A DNA stretch of 64,000 nucleotides from an uncultured Collinsella sp. (GCA_963560155.1 CAUWMY010000004.1:205-64204); one strand, 5' to 3'; shown: positions 28,787-39,253, numbered from the stretch's first letter. The notes: generated by a model from the sequence alone, not told the origin. Numbers and translations are program-made.

Positions 28787-31762
28787 CTACGAGCGGCGGA
28801 TGACTTCGGTCACCACGTCGGAGACAACGGCGACGTTCTCGAGGTCGACGTTGTACGGTTGATCTTCCTCGGTACGGGCCAAGGCGAATCCGGTACCCTC
28901 GACTCCCGCAATGGTCAGGGAGCGCAGGCTCATGTTCATGGCGACGTTCGCATCAGTGGTGACATAGGGCATGTCGACCGTGGGGTACTCGTGGTGGAAG
29001 TCGGCGCTGACGCGCTGTACCAACTTGGTGATGCGCTTATCGCCCTTGAGCACGCGCCGCTCTCCCTCAGTGGCGAGCATGGCGACCTGTCCGGCGCCGA
29101 CGCTCTCGAGGTTGATGAGGAACACGCCGCGAAGCTTGTCGCGATGGGCGTCGAGGAAGGCCTGCATGCCGGCGTTGCCGTTCTCGGACGCGCCGGTGGC
29201 GACGAACCAGATGTCGTGGCCGAGGAGCTCATCATCGCCCATATCGGCGATGGCCTCGCGCAACTCATCCTCCGTCGCGCCCTCGAAAGGCGCGGCGCCG
29301 CCCTTCCAGTCGTCATCGTCGAAGTTGTCCCATGAACCGATGTCGTGGCCGCTGCGCTTGGCATCGAAGGAGTCGTCGACGCCGAGCCAGTCGCTCATGC
29401 TGTCCTCGCTCTTCTTCTTGCGACCGAAAAGGCGCCCAAGGCCGCGGCGGGGCTTCTCGGGCTCGGGGCCCGGGGCGCCGATGGTCTCGAAAACACCCTC
29501 GGGAGCATGACCATGCTCGACAGGTGCCGGGGAACTGATGACGGTGAAGGCACTACGGGCCTCAGCGGCTTGCTCGTCTGCGACCGGAGCGGTCACAGAC
29601 GGAGACGGAACCGAGGCGCCGGCGGCCGCAAACGGGTCGACCGGGGCCGCAGACGGATCGGGAAGGTCGAAGAGGGACGCGCGGTTCGCCGTCTCGGGCA
29701 CGCGCGGCTTGGGCGCGGAAGCGGTACTGGGGACGTTGATGACACGCTGCGGGCGCGCGGGGACGGCGCGGTCTATCTCCGCCATGAGGGAGTCGACGGT
29801 CTCCGCCGGCTGAGCGGGCATGGCGACCGTACCGGAAAGATCTACGACGGGGTCGGGCTCATCTGAGGGCATGGCGAACATCTGGGTAGCGCCCGTATCA
29901 GCCGATCCGTCCTGAGCGGAGCCGTTCGGCGAGGCGAAATCAAGCGCGTCATCGACACCCGCCTCGACGTCTGCCGCAGCACCGGCCGCGATATCGGCCT
30001 CTGCGGGCGCAGCTGCCGCTTCGTCGTCCTCGACGTCTGCGGGGGCGTCGGCACCTTCTTCGCCATCGCAAGCATCAACGGGGTCGCCGTCGGCAACGGA
30101 GGCCTCATCCTCCTCGACGACGGGCTCATCCTCGATGACCTCGTACTCCGCCTCGAGAATGTAATCGGGGGCCTCGACTTCGGGCTCGGGGGCGATAGCG
30201 GCCGCGGAGGCCTCATCGCCCTCAGGCTCATCCTCGTAATATTCGCCCTCGTAATACACCTCATCGCCCTCGACGGGAGCCTCATCGTCGACAGCAACCT
30301 CATCGTCGACCTCCCCGACGATCTCCTCGGAGGTGGTGGGCTCGTCAACGGTCACTTCATCCGCGACGAACTCGGCGGGGGCCACCGCGGAAACCGCGGG
30401 GGCATCGGGCTCATACACGAGCGTGCAGGTCTCGGGTAGCATGCCGAGGGCGCGAATCGCATCGGCGCCGAAGCGGACGTTGCCCTCGGAGTTGATGTGG
30501 AACGGGGACTCGGGTTCGGCCGCCTCGAAATCGAGCTCGGATTGCACCTCCTCAAGCGCCCCCTCGGCTCCCTCCTCATCCGCGGCGGGTTCCGCGGAAT
30601 CCATCTCAACTCGATCGGGATCGACGGCCGCGAAAACGGCGGTACCCTGCTCGGCGAGCTGCTCGGCGGCGGCAACTCGATCGTCCTCGACGATCTCGTC
30701 CTCAACGGCTCCCTCGGCTGGCTCGAAGCCTTCAATCTCGGACCCGTCCTCGACAATCGAGAGGGCAGGTGTCGTGATGCCGGCGGCGATCTCATCGGCG
30801 CTCATCGCGGAAGTCGAACCGAAATCAACCGGCTCGGCGGCGTCCTCAGCGTCGGACTCGGCTTCCCCTTCGACGTCCACGACGTCCTCGAGGTCACCGT
30901 CGCCCTCCTCCATCTCATGTGGATAGGAGGCCTCGGCGGCGGCCGCAGCCTCGGCGGCGGCGATCGCCTCATCGAGGATGCGCTGCTGCTCGGCGAAGTA
31001 CTCGTCTGCTGGCTGATCGGAGGGGAACTCCTCGCCCATCTCATATGGGGCGACCGCATCCATCACGCCGAGCATCGCCGCGACGGAGGACTTGTTGCAA
31101 ACGGATCCCGAGGTATAGGGCAGGAAGAAGCGGTTGGCGATGACGGCGATTCCATTGGCGAGCGGCACGAGGGCGGCGACGATCGCGAGGACCCACAGCA
31201 CGATTTTCGCGGGGTCGGGCAGTGGCAGCATGCGCACGACGGAAAGGACGGCGGGGGCGACCATGCAAACCGGCAGCAGCTTTACGATCAGCGGGCGATA
31301 CGCGGCGAAGGGCTCGCTGCTCAAAAGGTCGGCGCGAGGCGAGTCATAGTGGGCGACCACGACGACCGGGCGGTTGCGGGGGGAGGCGAGCGGGCCGCTG
31401 GCCTTGTGGTACGCGATCACGTTCTGGCTCAAGCCACCCGACCCGAGGTTGGAGAGCACGGGGTGACCGGTGCGCTCCATGACGAAGAGGACGGCGGCCG
31501 CGACGGCGATCAGCAAGCCGACCACGCCGGCGGCGCCACCGATGCCGGCGAGCAATGCGCCCACGAACACCAAGATGCCAAGGACGGCCTGGACGACCTT
31601 CGCGGAGCCGCTCGCGCTGAACTCCTGCACCTCAGGCGCGAATCCGTGCTCGGAGAAGATCTTCGCGATCACATCGGCCGCGGCGCGCTCCTCCTCGCTG
31701 CATGCGGGGGTGATGCCGGTGTTCTGAAGCAGGTGGCTCAGGTATTTCTTCGTATTCGCCAT
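28787..31762 (-). CDS. M28 peptidase-fold membrane protein split by a ~600-aa acidic insertion
   Basis: SEEERAAA, QNVIA, VVVAHYDS in the N-half; IWFVATGASENG, INLESVG in the C-half; four TM helices. Confidence 0.75.
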   Translation of the reverse strand: MANTKKYLSHLLQNTGITPACSEEERAAADVIAKIFSEHGFAPEVQEFSASGSAKVVQAVLGILVFVGALLAGIGGAAGVVGLLIAVAAAVLFVMERTGHPVLSNLGSGGLSQNVIAYHKASGPLASPRNRPVVVVAHYDSPRADLLSSEPFAAYRPLIVKLLPVCMVAPAVLSVVRMLPLPDPAKIVLWVLAIVAALVPLANGIAVIANRFFLPYTSGSVCNKSSVAAMLGVMDAVAPYEMGEEFPSDQPADEYFAEQQRILDEAIAAAEAAAAAEASYPHEMEEGDGDLEDVVDVEGEAESDAEDAAEPVDFGSTSAMSADEIAAGITTPALSIVEDGSEIEGFEPAEGAVEDEIVEDDRVAAAEQLAEQGTAVFAAVDPDRVEMDSAEPAADEEGAEGALEEVQSELDFEAAEPESPFHINSEGNVRFGADAIRALGMLPETCTLVYEPDAPAVSAVAPAEFVADEVTVDEPTTSEEIVGEVDDEVAVDDEAPVEGDEVYYEGEYYEDEPEGDEASAAAIAPEPEVEAPDYILEAEYEVIEDEPVVEEDEASVADGDPVDACDGEEGADAPADVEDDEAAAAPAEADIAAGAAADVEAGVDDALDFASPNGSAQDGSADTGATQMFAMPSDEPDPVVDLSGTVAMPAQPAETVDSLMAEIDRAVPARPQRVINVPSTASAPKPRVPETANRASLFDLPDPSAAPVDPFAAAGASVPSPSVTAPVADEQAAEARSAFTVISSPAPVEHGHAPEGVFETIGAPGPEPEKPRRGLGRLFGRKKKSEDSMSDWLGVDDSFDAKRSGHDIGSWDNFDDDDWKGGAAPFEGATEDELREAIADMGDDELLGHDIWFVATGASENGNAGMQAFLDAHRDKLRGVFLINLESVGAGQVAMLATEGERRVLKGDKRITKLVQRVSADFHHEYPTVDMPYVTTDANVAMNMSLRSLTIAGVEGTGFALARTEEDQPYNVDLENVAVVSDVVTEVIRRS

Positions 31763-32001
31763 GTGGACTCCACATCGAACTCGTATGCGTGCAAGCGCGC
31801 TGCGAAGGCTACGCGCATGTATAGTCGCAAGTATACCCTTACTTGCGCCCTACCTGCCGGATTTTGAACCGGGGGCGGGCTCGCGAAGGCCCTGCCGCGC
31901 GTTTTCCACATGAGCCGTCGACACAACGCCTTGCACTAAAATGGATGAATGGGTACAAAAATGTCTCCACAACGGTATCAAGCTGAAAAGGAAGCGACGC
32001 C

Positions 32002-33060
32002 GTGCACAGCGCAACCGAGCACACAAGCGAAACACATACCACCCCCTCCCTGCCACCGCGAAAGGCGGAGGGCGTGCGCAGGGTCCTCAACCTCCTGTTC
32101 ACCCTGCACGTCTCACCGCGGCCGCTCACGACGAGCCAGATCGTCAACGACCCCGAGATCGGGTATGCGGCCAAAGAATCGACCTCGCATGAATCCCGCT
32201 GCAAGGCGTTCAAGCGCGATCGCGAGACGCTGGCGGAGCACGGCGTCCACATTCGCGAAGCGGCGCATCAGACCGCCGGCGGGATCGCCGCCAACGAGGA
32301 GAGCAGCTGGACGATCGACCGAGCGAGGACCCACGTCTCGCGCGATGGCCTCTCCACCTACGACGCGCAGGAGATAGTCTCCGCGATCGACCAGATCTTC
32401 GAGCTTCACGCCGACGATCCGACCCTATGGCCGCTCCAGACGGCGCGAACCAAGCTCTGCGAGCTCATGGAATGCGACCCATCCGCCCCCTCGCCTCTCG
32501 TCGGGACGGGCAGGGACGGCCTCCGAGCGATTTGGAGCGCCTTCGATCGTCGAAAGCCCGTCGAGTTCTCGTATCGCGACGCGCGGGGCGTCGAAAAGCC
32601 CCATACGCTGGAAACGTACGGCATGTTCACCCATGGCACCCATTCCTACCTCGTGGGTTTCGACCGCGACGCATGCGATCTGCGCACATTCAGGACGGAC
32701 CGGATCATCTCCGCCAAGAGCGCGCCCGACTCCCGCAAGTCATACGCCATCCCAGCCGAGTTCGATATCGCAGGCCATCAATTCCTGCCCTTCGACTTCT
32801 CGCGAGACGAGGCGGCCCCATGCGTCTTTACCTTCCCGGCCGGACTCGCCCGAGACGAGTTGCTCCTCATCACGCAGGGCCGCGGACGGCTCGAAATGAA
32901 TGATGAGGCGTGGGCGTGGAGCATCGATGTCCGCGACCTGGATGCCGCCGCGACCTTCGCCCTCGAGCATGCCCACCTGGGAATGAGGGCGCAGGGGCCC
33001 GCGGAGCTCAAACGCCGCATCCGCTCCCATATCGAACAGGCGGTGTCCGCACATGAATAA
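32002..33060 (+). CDS. WYL-domain transcriptional regulator, PafB-like
   Basis: RVLNLLFTL...KAFKRDRETL wHTH; SYLVGFD...RTFRTDRI WYL core. Confidence 0.82.
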   Translation: MHSATEHTSETHTTPSLPPRKAEGVRRVLNLLFTLHVSPRPLTTSQIVNDPEIGYAAKESTSHESRCKAFKRDRETLAEHGVHIREAAHQTAGGIAANEESSWTIDRARTHVSRDGLSTYDAQEIVSAIDQIFELHADDPTLWPLQTARTKLCELMECDPSAPSPLVGTGRDGLRAIWSAFDRRKPVEFSYRDARGVEKPHTLETYGMFTHGTHSYLVGFDRDACDLRTFRTDRIISAKSAPDSRKSYAIPAEFDIAGHQFLPFDFSRDEAAPCVFTFPAGLARDELLLITQGRGRLEMNDEAWAWSIDVRDLDAAATFALEHAHLGMRAQGPAELKRRIRSHIEQAVSAHE

Positions 33061-34003
33061 AACCCCACGCAACGCCGAGCGCAAGCTGTCTGCCGACGAC
33101 ATGCTCCAGATCTCCCTCGGTCTGATGGAGCGTCTCACCGCCGACCCGCTCCACCGAGTCGACGCAGGCGCATTCGCTCGCGATCTCGGCGTCTCGCCGG
33201 AGCAGACCGGGCAGATCGTCGAACTCCTCCAGGGGTTGGCGGACGAGCAGACGGGGTCTCGCATCGCACTCGACTGCCAAGATGACGTCGTGTCCCTCAA
33301 CGGGGACGCCGGGCGATTGGACCCCGTGCGCCTCACGCCCGCCGAGTCCCTCGCCCTGCGGCGCGTCCTCACGCACTGCAGCATCGCGGAGGACGTGCGC
33401 GAACGCGTCGAGAAGACCCTGTGCGCCGATTCCGGCTCCAATCGAGGCGCCGAGGATGAAAAACTCATGGGAGGCGATCGCCTGCTCGGCGGGTTCTACC
33501 CCATCATCTCCGAGGCCATCGCGATCGGCGGTCGGCTCGAGATCTCGTACCGGGCGGGCGATGAGACCGAACCGAAGAAGCGCTTGGTCGATCCCAAGCT
33601 CATCGAGGTGTCCGGCGATGCCGCGTACCTCATCGCCTGGAACATCGAGAAAGACGCCCAGCGCAGCTACCGGCTTGACAGGATGGCTGACGTCGTCCTC
33701 ACCGATGATTCGGTCGAAACTCACGACTTCGAGCCATACCGCGCATCCGAGAGCCTTCGCGCCCACGGAACGACCGTCACGCTACGTTTCGCCGACGAAA
33801 CCGCCTTCGCCCTCCGCGACTGGGAAGGCATCCACAGGGACGAAGTGCACAGGGAAGACGACGGCCATATCGTCGCCGAAGTCAGCTCCACCTCGAAACC
33901 CTGGCTGTTCTCCCAAGTTGCGGCGGCGGCCGGGGCGATCGAGATCGCCGCCCCGATGGAGCTGAGGTCCGAATTCAAGGATTGGGCGCGGGCGATGATG
34001 TAG
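33053..34003 (+). CDS. WYL-domain transcriptional regulator, PafC-like
   Basis: FARDLGVS HTH, RLTPAESLAL, AYLIAW...RSYRLDRM; overlaps the upstream WYL gene by 8 nt. Confidence 0.82.
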   Translation: MNKTPRNAERKLSADDMLQISLGLMERLTADPLHRVDAGAFARDLGVSPEQTGQIVELLQGLADEQTGSRIALDCQDDVVSLNGDAGRLDPVRLTPAESLALRRVLTHCSIAEDVRERVEKTLCADSGSNRGAEDEKLMGGDRLLGGFYPIISEAIAIGGRLEISYRAGDETEPKKRLVDPKLIEVSGDAAYLIAWNIEKDAQRSYRLDRMADVVLTDDSVETHDFEPYRASESLRAHGTTVTLRFADETAFALRDWEGIHRDEVHREDDGHIVAEVSSTSKPWLFSQVAAAAGAIEIAAPMELRSEFKDWARAMM

Positions 34004-34007
34004 TGAA

Positions 34008-34029
34008 AGGGGCGTTCATGGACGCCCCT
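34008..34029. terminator. Hairpin between the convergent WYL pair and dinG
   Basis: AGGGGCGT...ACGCCCCT. Confidence 0.5.
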
Positions 34030-34077
34030 CGTCATTTCGAATATCTCACGTCGCGGCCGAGCGCATGGGGCCGCACT

Positions 34078-37011
34078 CTACCCGCGCTCATGGCTCCCGC
34101 GCCACAGCTCCAGATACCTGCCGACTTGGGCCACCTCGATGCGCTGATGTGCGGCGGGCAGCGAATCCAGGAACTTCCTGCCATAGCCTTTGCTCACCAA
34201 GCGCGAATCGGCGAGCACCAGGACGCCCGCATCCGTGGAGGTGCGGATGAGGCGGCCCGCGGCCTGCTTCACCTCGAGCACGGCCTCCGGCAACGAGTAG
34301 CGCGCCCACGCGCGGTCCTCACGGGCGCCGCGCTCGCAGGAAAGCGGGTCACTCGGGCTCGAGAAGGGCAACTTGGGTATGACCACGCACCTCAGCGTGT
34401 CCCCCGCGGCGTCGAAACCCTCCCAAAACGCCTTGAGCGCGAACAGGGAGCTCTTCTCGTTGGAGAGGAAGCGGTCGCGCAAGATCTTCGCCGAGGTGGT
34501 CCTGCGCTGACAGTCGAGCACCAGACCATGCTGGGCCAGGCGCGGCTCGAGGCGGTCGAACAGCTCCTCCATATCGCGCCTGTTCGTGAACAACGTGAGC
34601 GTGCTGCCACCCATGGCGATGTGCACGTCGTACAGGAGCTTCTCGAGGGACGCGAGGTAGGCGTCGCGATTGCGGGGGTCGGGCATGTCCGACGCCACGA
34701 CCACGGCCATGTTCCGTTCGAAATCGTAGCTGGAGTCCAGATGTATCGAACGCGACCTCGTGGGCGCGAGGCGGTCCAGTCCGACGGCATGGCGGAAGTG
34801 ATCGAAGCTATCCGACACCGTCATGGTGGCGGACGCGAAAATAGCCGAATGGACCTCGGGCAGCCAGTCCTCGGCGAGCGCCTCGCCCACGTCCAGCCGC
34901 TCGGCGGTCAGGCACTCTCCACCGGCCTTGAGGCGGCGGTTGACCTGGCAGGAATAGACGTATCTCTCGTCACTGCCGTCAAGGATGAGTTTGAGCCCAT
35001 CGCGCAACTCGGCGAGGCGGCGCTGGCCATCCGCGACATCCGCCACGAGGTCGGGCTTCTCCTCCGAGACCGTCTGAACGAGCGACGACAGGTTCTTGGT
35101 CGCCTCGTCCAGGGCGTCGAGCGCCGTCCGTCCGACCTCCTCGAAACTCGTCCAGATCATGGATTCGCGCAACTCGCCGCCGATCCACATGTTCGCGTTG
35201 TCGTAACCGCCGTCGGACCGGGCGGAGCGGGCCAGCTCACGGGTCGCGTCGAACAGTTCCGCCATCGCGAGCGAGGCGCGCTGCGTGGTGACCGCGGCCT
35301 TCGCCGTCAAACCCATGAACAGGGTCGCGGCGTCGCTCAAGGCCAGGTCGCGGGCCATCTTACCGAGCGCTCCGGTGCGCTCTCCCCCCAAGCGCTCGAA
35401 CACCGAGCGGCTCTCGTCGGCGGAAACCTTGACCGCCCACTGACGACGGGCCTCGGACTCGATGGAATGCGCCTCGTCGACCACCCAATGGCGAATGGGC
35501 GGCAGGATCTTCCCCTCCGCGGCGACGTTGCGGAACAGCAGCGAGTGATTGGTCACGACGACATCCGTGCGCGCGGCGCGACGGCGCGACCCATGGACCA
35601 TGCACTTGTCCGGGTAAAACGGGCACAGGCGGCGCGAGCACTCGCGCGACGAGGTGGTGAGGTCGGGCTTGTTGACGCTGCGCCAGCGAATGCCCAGGCC
35701 GTCGAGATCGCCGGTGGGAGATTGGCAGGCGAAGGCGTAGATCACCGCGATGGCCGTGAGCGTGTCCGCCGGATCCCGGTTGGTCTTGATCTCATGCGCC
35801 CGGGCAAGGCGCTCGAGTTTGCGCAGGCAGGGATAGTGGTCATACCCCTTGAGGGCGCAATAGGTAAGACCGCCCTCAAGCTCGCGCGAGAGACGCGGAA
35901 GCTCGTGGTAGATCAGCTGGTCGGCGAGGTTGTTCGACTTCGTCGCTATGCCGACGGTCACCTTGTTGCGGCGGGCGAGCTCGGCCATCGGTACGAGGTA
36001 GGCGATGGATTTTCCGACGCCCGTGCCGGCCTCGATGACGCGGTGCGTCGAGGTGGCGAGGGCGTCGCGGACCTCGACGGCCATCTGCACTTGCTCGGCG
36101 CGCGGCTCGTAACCGGGATACATCCTGTTCACGAGCCCACCGGGGGCGAAGCTCTCCTCGATTTCCTCGCGCGCGGGCACGCTCAATCGCGCAAGCTCGT
36201 CCGCATCGACGCGGGCCGCAGACCCCGTCTCGGGGTCCAGATCGCTCTGCAGGAGCTCATATCGGGCCTCTGTCAGGGAGAAGGTCGCATCAGGCTCCTC
36301 TGCGGCCAAGAAGCTGAATATGGGGCGATACGACCACGGTACATCCGGGTGCATGTCCGCCAGGCGGCGCATCAGGCCCGCGGGCAGGTCCATCAGGCCG
36401 CACAGCAGGATGCGCCATACACCGCACAGCGCCTCGACATCAGCGTTCGCGCGGTGCGAGACGCTCTCGCAGCCGAAGAGCTCGGCCATGACCGAGAGCT
36501 TATGCGACGCCAGGCGCGGGAGGGCGATGCGCGAGAGGGCGAGCGAATCGATCCAGATATCCGACACCTCGGCACCGCCGGGAGCCATCTCGATGAACCC
36601 GCGGTCGAACGAGGCGTTATGGGCGACGACGGGCGATCCCCCGACGAACTCAGCGAGCGCGGCGACGGCGTCCTCCGCCGAGGGGGCGTGCGCGACATCC
36701 GCGTTCGTGATGCTGGTGAGCGCGGTGATCTCCTCCGGGATGAGCCCGCTCGGCTTCACGAAGGTGTCGAAGCGATCCACGATCTCACGTCCGCGCAGGC
36801 GGGCCGCGGCGATCTCGATGAGCTCGTTATCGCGGTGGGACAATCCTGTGGTCTCGGTATCGAGGACCACGACATCATCTTCAATCAGGCCGAACGATCG
36901 GTTCCGCGCTCGCTCCTCCAGCGTCGCGTAACGGTCGACGATCGCTTGCGGTGTGCCGGGGAGAACCGCCGCGGCCATATCGCGCGGCGAGGCCGCCGGG
37001 GCGGCGCTCAT
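34078..37011 (-). CDS. dinG: DinG-family helicase with N-terminal DnaQ-like (DEDDh) 3'-5' exonuclease
   Basis: VLDTETTG, AHNASFD, HRANADV; EAGTGVGKS, DEAH, FASAT, FWEGFD, KQAAGRLIR; four Cys consistent with an Fe-S cluster; ATGA overlap with ddl. Confidence 0.92.
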   Translation of the reverse strand: MSAAPAASPRDMAAAVLPGTPQAIVDRYATLEERARNRSFGLIEDDVVVLDTETTGLSHRDNELIEIAAARLRGREIVDRFDTFVKPSGLIPEEITALTSITNADVAHAPSAEDAVAALAEFVGGSPVVAHNASFDRGFIEMAPGGAEVSDIWIDSLALSRIALPRLASHKLSVMAELFGCESVSHRANADVEALCGVWRILLCGLMDLPAGLMRRLADMHPDVPWSYRPIFSFLAAEEPDATFSLTEARYELLQSDLDPETGSAARVDADELARLSVPAREEIEESFAPGGLVNRMYPGYEPRAEQVQMAVEVRDALATSTHRVIEAGTGVGKSIAYLVPMAELARRNKVTVGIATKSNNLADQLIYHELPRLSRELEGGLTYCALKGYDHYPCLRKLERLARAHEIKTNRDPADTLTAIAVIYAFACQSPTGDLDGLGIRWRSVNKPDLTTSSRECSRRLCPFYPDKCMVHGSRRRAARTDVVVTNHSLLFRNVAAEGKILPPIRHWVVDEAHSIESEARRQWAVKVSADESRSVFERLGGERTGALGKMARDLALSDAATLFMGLTAKAAVTTQRASLAMAELFDATRELARSARSDGGYDNANMWIGGELRESMIWTSFEEVGRTALDALDEATKNLSSLVQTVSEEKPDLVADVADGQRRLAELRDGLKLILDGSDERYVYSCQVNRRLKAGGECLTAERLDVGEALAEDWLPEVHSAIFASATMTVSDSFDHFRHAVGLDRLAPTRSRSIHLDSSYDFERNMAVVVASDMPDPRNRDAYLASLEKLLYDVHIAMGGSTLTLFTNRRDMEELFDRLEPRLAQHGLVLDCQRRTTSAKILRDRFLSNEKSSLFALKAFWEGFDAAGDTLRCVVIPKLPFSSPSDPLSCERGAREDRAWARYSLPEAVLEVKQAAGRLIRTSTDAGVLVLADSRLVSKGYGRKFLDSLPAAHQRIEVAQVGRYLELWRGSHERG

Positions 37012-37967
37012 CGAGCGGCTCGCTCGAGGGCAAGTTCGACGAGCTCGGCGCACAGGTCGCTGAACGCGATGCCGGCGTGGCGGGCCTCATCGGGAACCAG
37101 GGACTCAGATGTCATGCCGGGGATGTTGTTCGTCTCGAGAATGATCGGACCGTCCTCAGTCACGATGACGTCGGTACGGGAAATGCCGTACAGGCCGAGC
37201 GCCTCATGCGCGCGGCAGGCGATATCCTGGACCTGGGCATACACATCTTCGGGCAACTGCGCCGGAATACGATGGATATCGGCGGGGTCGGCGTACTTCA
37301 CCTCGAGGTCGTAGAACTCCGACTGCTGCGGCATCATGATCTCCACCACGGGAAGGGCGCGCAGGGTCTCGCCATCACCCAACGCGGCGACAGAGCACTC
37401 AACGCCGAAGACGCGATGCTCGACCATGACCTTGTCGCCATGCTCAAACGCACGCTCGATGGCAGCCGCAAGCTCCGAGGGATCCTTCACCAGGGAGATG
37501 CCATAGCTCGAGCCGTTCACAACAGGCTTGACGAAGCTCTGAGGACCCACGATCTCGACGATCTCGTCGATCGACGGCATGTCGGATCGGGTGAAGGTGA
37601 CGCTCGGCGCGACGGGTAGGCCGGCGCGCCGATACAGTAGCTTGGACAGGTCTTTGTCCATTGCGATACCGCTCGCCAGGGAGTTTGAACCGGTGTAGGG
37701 GATACCGAGGAACTCCAGGATGTGCTGGGTCATGCCGTCTTCGCCGCCAAAGCCGTGCAATGCGATGAACGCGACATCATAATTGCCGTTTTCCAAGCGA
37801 GAGAGGAAGCCCTGCTCGCCGGGGTCGACCATCTCGACCGTGCCGTAGCCGGCCTCGATGAGGGCTGCGGCGGCATTCTTGCCCGACGCCAGCGAGATCT
37901 CCCGCTCATCCGAGATGCCGCCCGCGAGAACCGCCACCCTCATCTCACGACGCTCTTTGCCAGCCAT
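37008..37967 (-). CDS. ddl: D-alanine--D-alanine ligase
   Basis: LAGGISDEREISL, LHGFGGEDG, GSSYG, ETNNIPG; omega loop FYDLEVKY ends in KY (D-Ala-D-Ala type). Confidence 0.95.
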   Translation of the reverse strand: MAGKERREMRVAVLAGGISDEREISLASGKNAAAALIEAGYGTVEMVDPGEQGFLSRLENGNYDVAFIALHGFGGEDGMTQHILEFLGIPYTGSNSLASGIAMDKDLSKLLYRRAGLPVAPSVTFTRSDMPSIDEIVEIVGPQSFVKPVVNGSSYGISLVKDPSELAAAIERAFEHGDKVMVEHRVFGVECSVAALGDGETLRALPVVEIMMPQQSEFYDLEVKYADPADIHRIPAQLPEDVYAQVQDIACRAHEALGLYGISRTDVIVTEDGPIILETNNIPGMTSESLVPDEARHAGIAFSDLCAELVELALERAAR

Positions 37968-38126
37968 GTCGCCACCTTTCACCGTTTCCCGCGCGCTACC
38001 TGCGACGCGAGGTGTCTATTTCACGCAATAACCGCGCACTTCGGCATGAAGCGCGCCGCAATATCCTATTGTATAGGGTAACTATGCACCTGGGGGCCAA
38101 GCTCCCCACCATCCGAAAGGCGACAG

Positions 38127-39173
38127 ATGGAACGCACCAACCGTTCGCGCGATATTCGTCAATTCGACCTCGATGACCTCAAGGAACTCGTTAAAGAACT
38201 CGGACAGCCCGCTTTCCGCGCAAAGCAGCTGTACGAGTGGGTTCATGAGAAGAACGTCTGTTCGTTTGACGAGATGACCAATCTCCCCGCAGCCCTGCGC
38301 CAGTCCCTCAACGAGACATTCTCATTCAAGGTCCCGACCGAGCTGGTCAAACAGGTCTCCAAGGACGGATCGCGCAAGTATTTGCTTGAGTTCTCCGACG
38401 GCGTCTCGGTCGAGACCGTCGGCATGCCAAACCGTAACAAGCTTGCCGTCTGTATCTCATCGCAAGCTGGTTGCGCCATGGGCTGCGCATTTTGCGCCAC
38501 CGGTCTCGCGGGCCTCTCCCGCTCCCTCACGGCCCAGGAGATGGTGGACCAGGTGCTCCATGTCTCGCGCGACTTCGGTGAACGCGTCACGAGTGTCGTC
38601 TTCATGGGTCAGGGAGAGCCCTTCGCCAACTTCGACAACACCGTCGAGGCTCTCCGCATGCTGAACGATCCCGCGGGACTCGCCATCGGCGCTCGCCACC
38701 TCACAGTCTCCACCTGCGGCGTTATCCCCGGCATCCGCCGCTTCGCCGAGCTCCCCGAGCAGTTCACCCTCGCCATCTCCCTGCACTCCGCGATCCAGAG
38801 CACGCGCAACCAGCTCATGCCCGGGGTCAAGAAGTTCACGCTGCTTCGCCTCCATGAGGCTATCCAGGAGTATGTCGAGAAAACCGGTCGGCGCCCGACT
38901 TACGAATTCGCGATGATCGAGGGTATCAACGACACGACCCCCGAGATGCAGGCGCTTGTCGACTTCTGCGCGGGAACGCTCTGCCACGTCAACCTCATAC
39001 AGCTGAACGATATCCCCGACAGCCCCTTCCGCCCATCGCCAATCGAAAAGGTCGAGACCCTTCAGCGTCGTCTCACCATGCATGGCGTGGAGACCACGAT
39101 CCGCAACTCTCGTGGCGGCGATATCGACGCCGCCTGCGGCCAGCTCAAGCAGCGTCGCTTCCGCGCTCGCTAG
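38127..39173 (+). CDS. rlmN: 23S rRNA (A2503) / tRNA radical-SAM methyltransferase
   Basis: CISSQAGCAMGCAFC, VVFMGQGEP, ISLH, AACGQL. Confidence 0.96.
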   Translation: MERTNRSRDIRQFDLDDLKELVKELGQPAFRAKQLYEWVHEKNVCSFDEMTNLPAALRQSLNETFSFKVPTELVKQVSKDGSRKYLLEFSDGVSVETVGMPNRNKLAVCISSQAGCAMGCAFCATGLAGLSRSLTAQEMVDQVLHVSRDFGERVTSVVFMGQGEPFANFDNTVEALRMLNDPAGLAIGARHLTVSTCGVIPGIRRFAELPEQFTLAISLHSAIQSTRNQLMPGVKKFTLLRLHEAIQEYVEKTGRRPTYEFAMIEGINDTTPEMQALVDFCAGTLCHVNLIQLNDIPDSPFRPSPIEKVETLQRRLTMHGVETTIRNSRGGDIDAACGQLKQRRFRAR

Positions 39174-39187
39174 GGGAGTGGTTGCAC

Positions 39188-39203
39188 CGTTTCACATGAA
39201 ACA
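39188..39203. promoter_or_regulatory. parS site (CGTTTCACATGAAACA)
   Basis: Two mismatches to the TGTTTCACGTGAAACA consensus. Confidence 0.8.
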
Positions 39204-39253
39204 GAATTGGCTCAAATGCATTCCAGCCCTCACCTGGCGAAACGCTGCCATTG

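Noticed and set aside
37008-37967. Vancomycin-resistance D-Ala-D-Lac ligase
   Set aside because: Omega loop ends KY as in D-Ala-D-Ala ligases; no vanH, vanX or vanRS nearby
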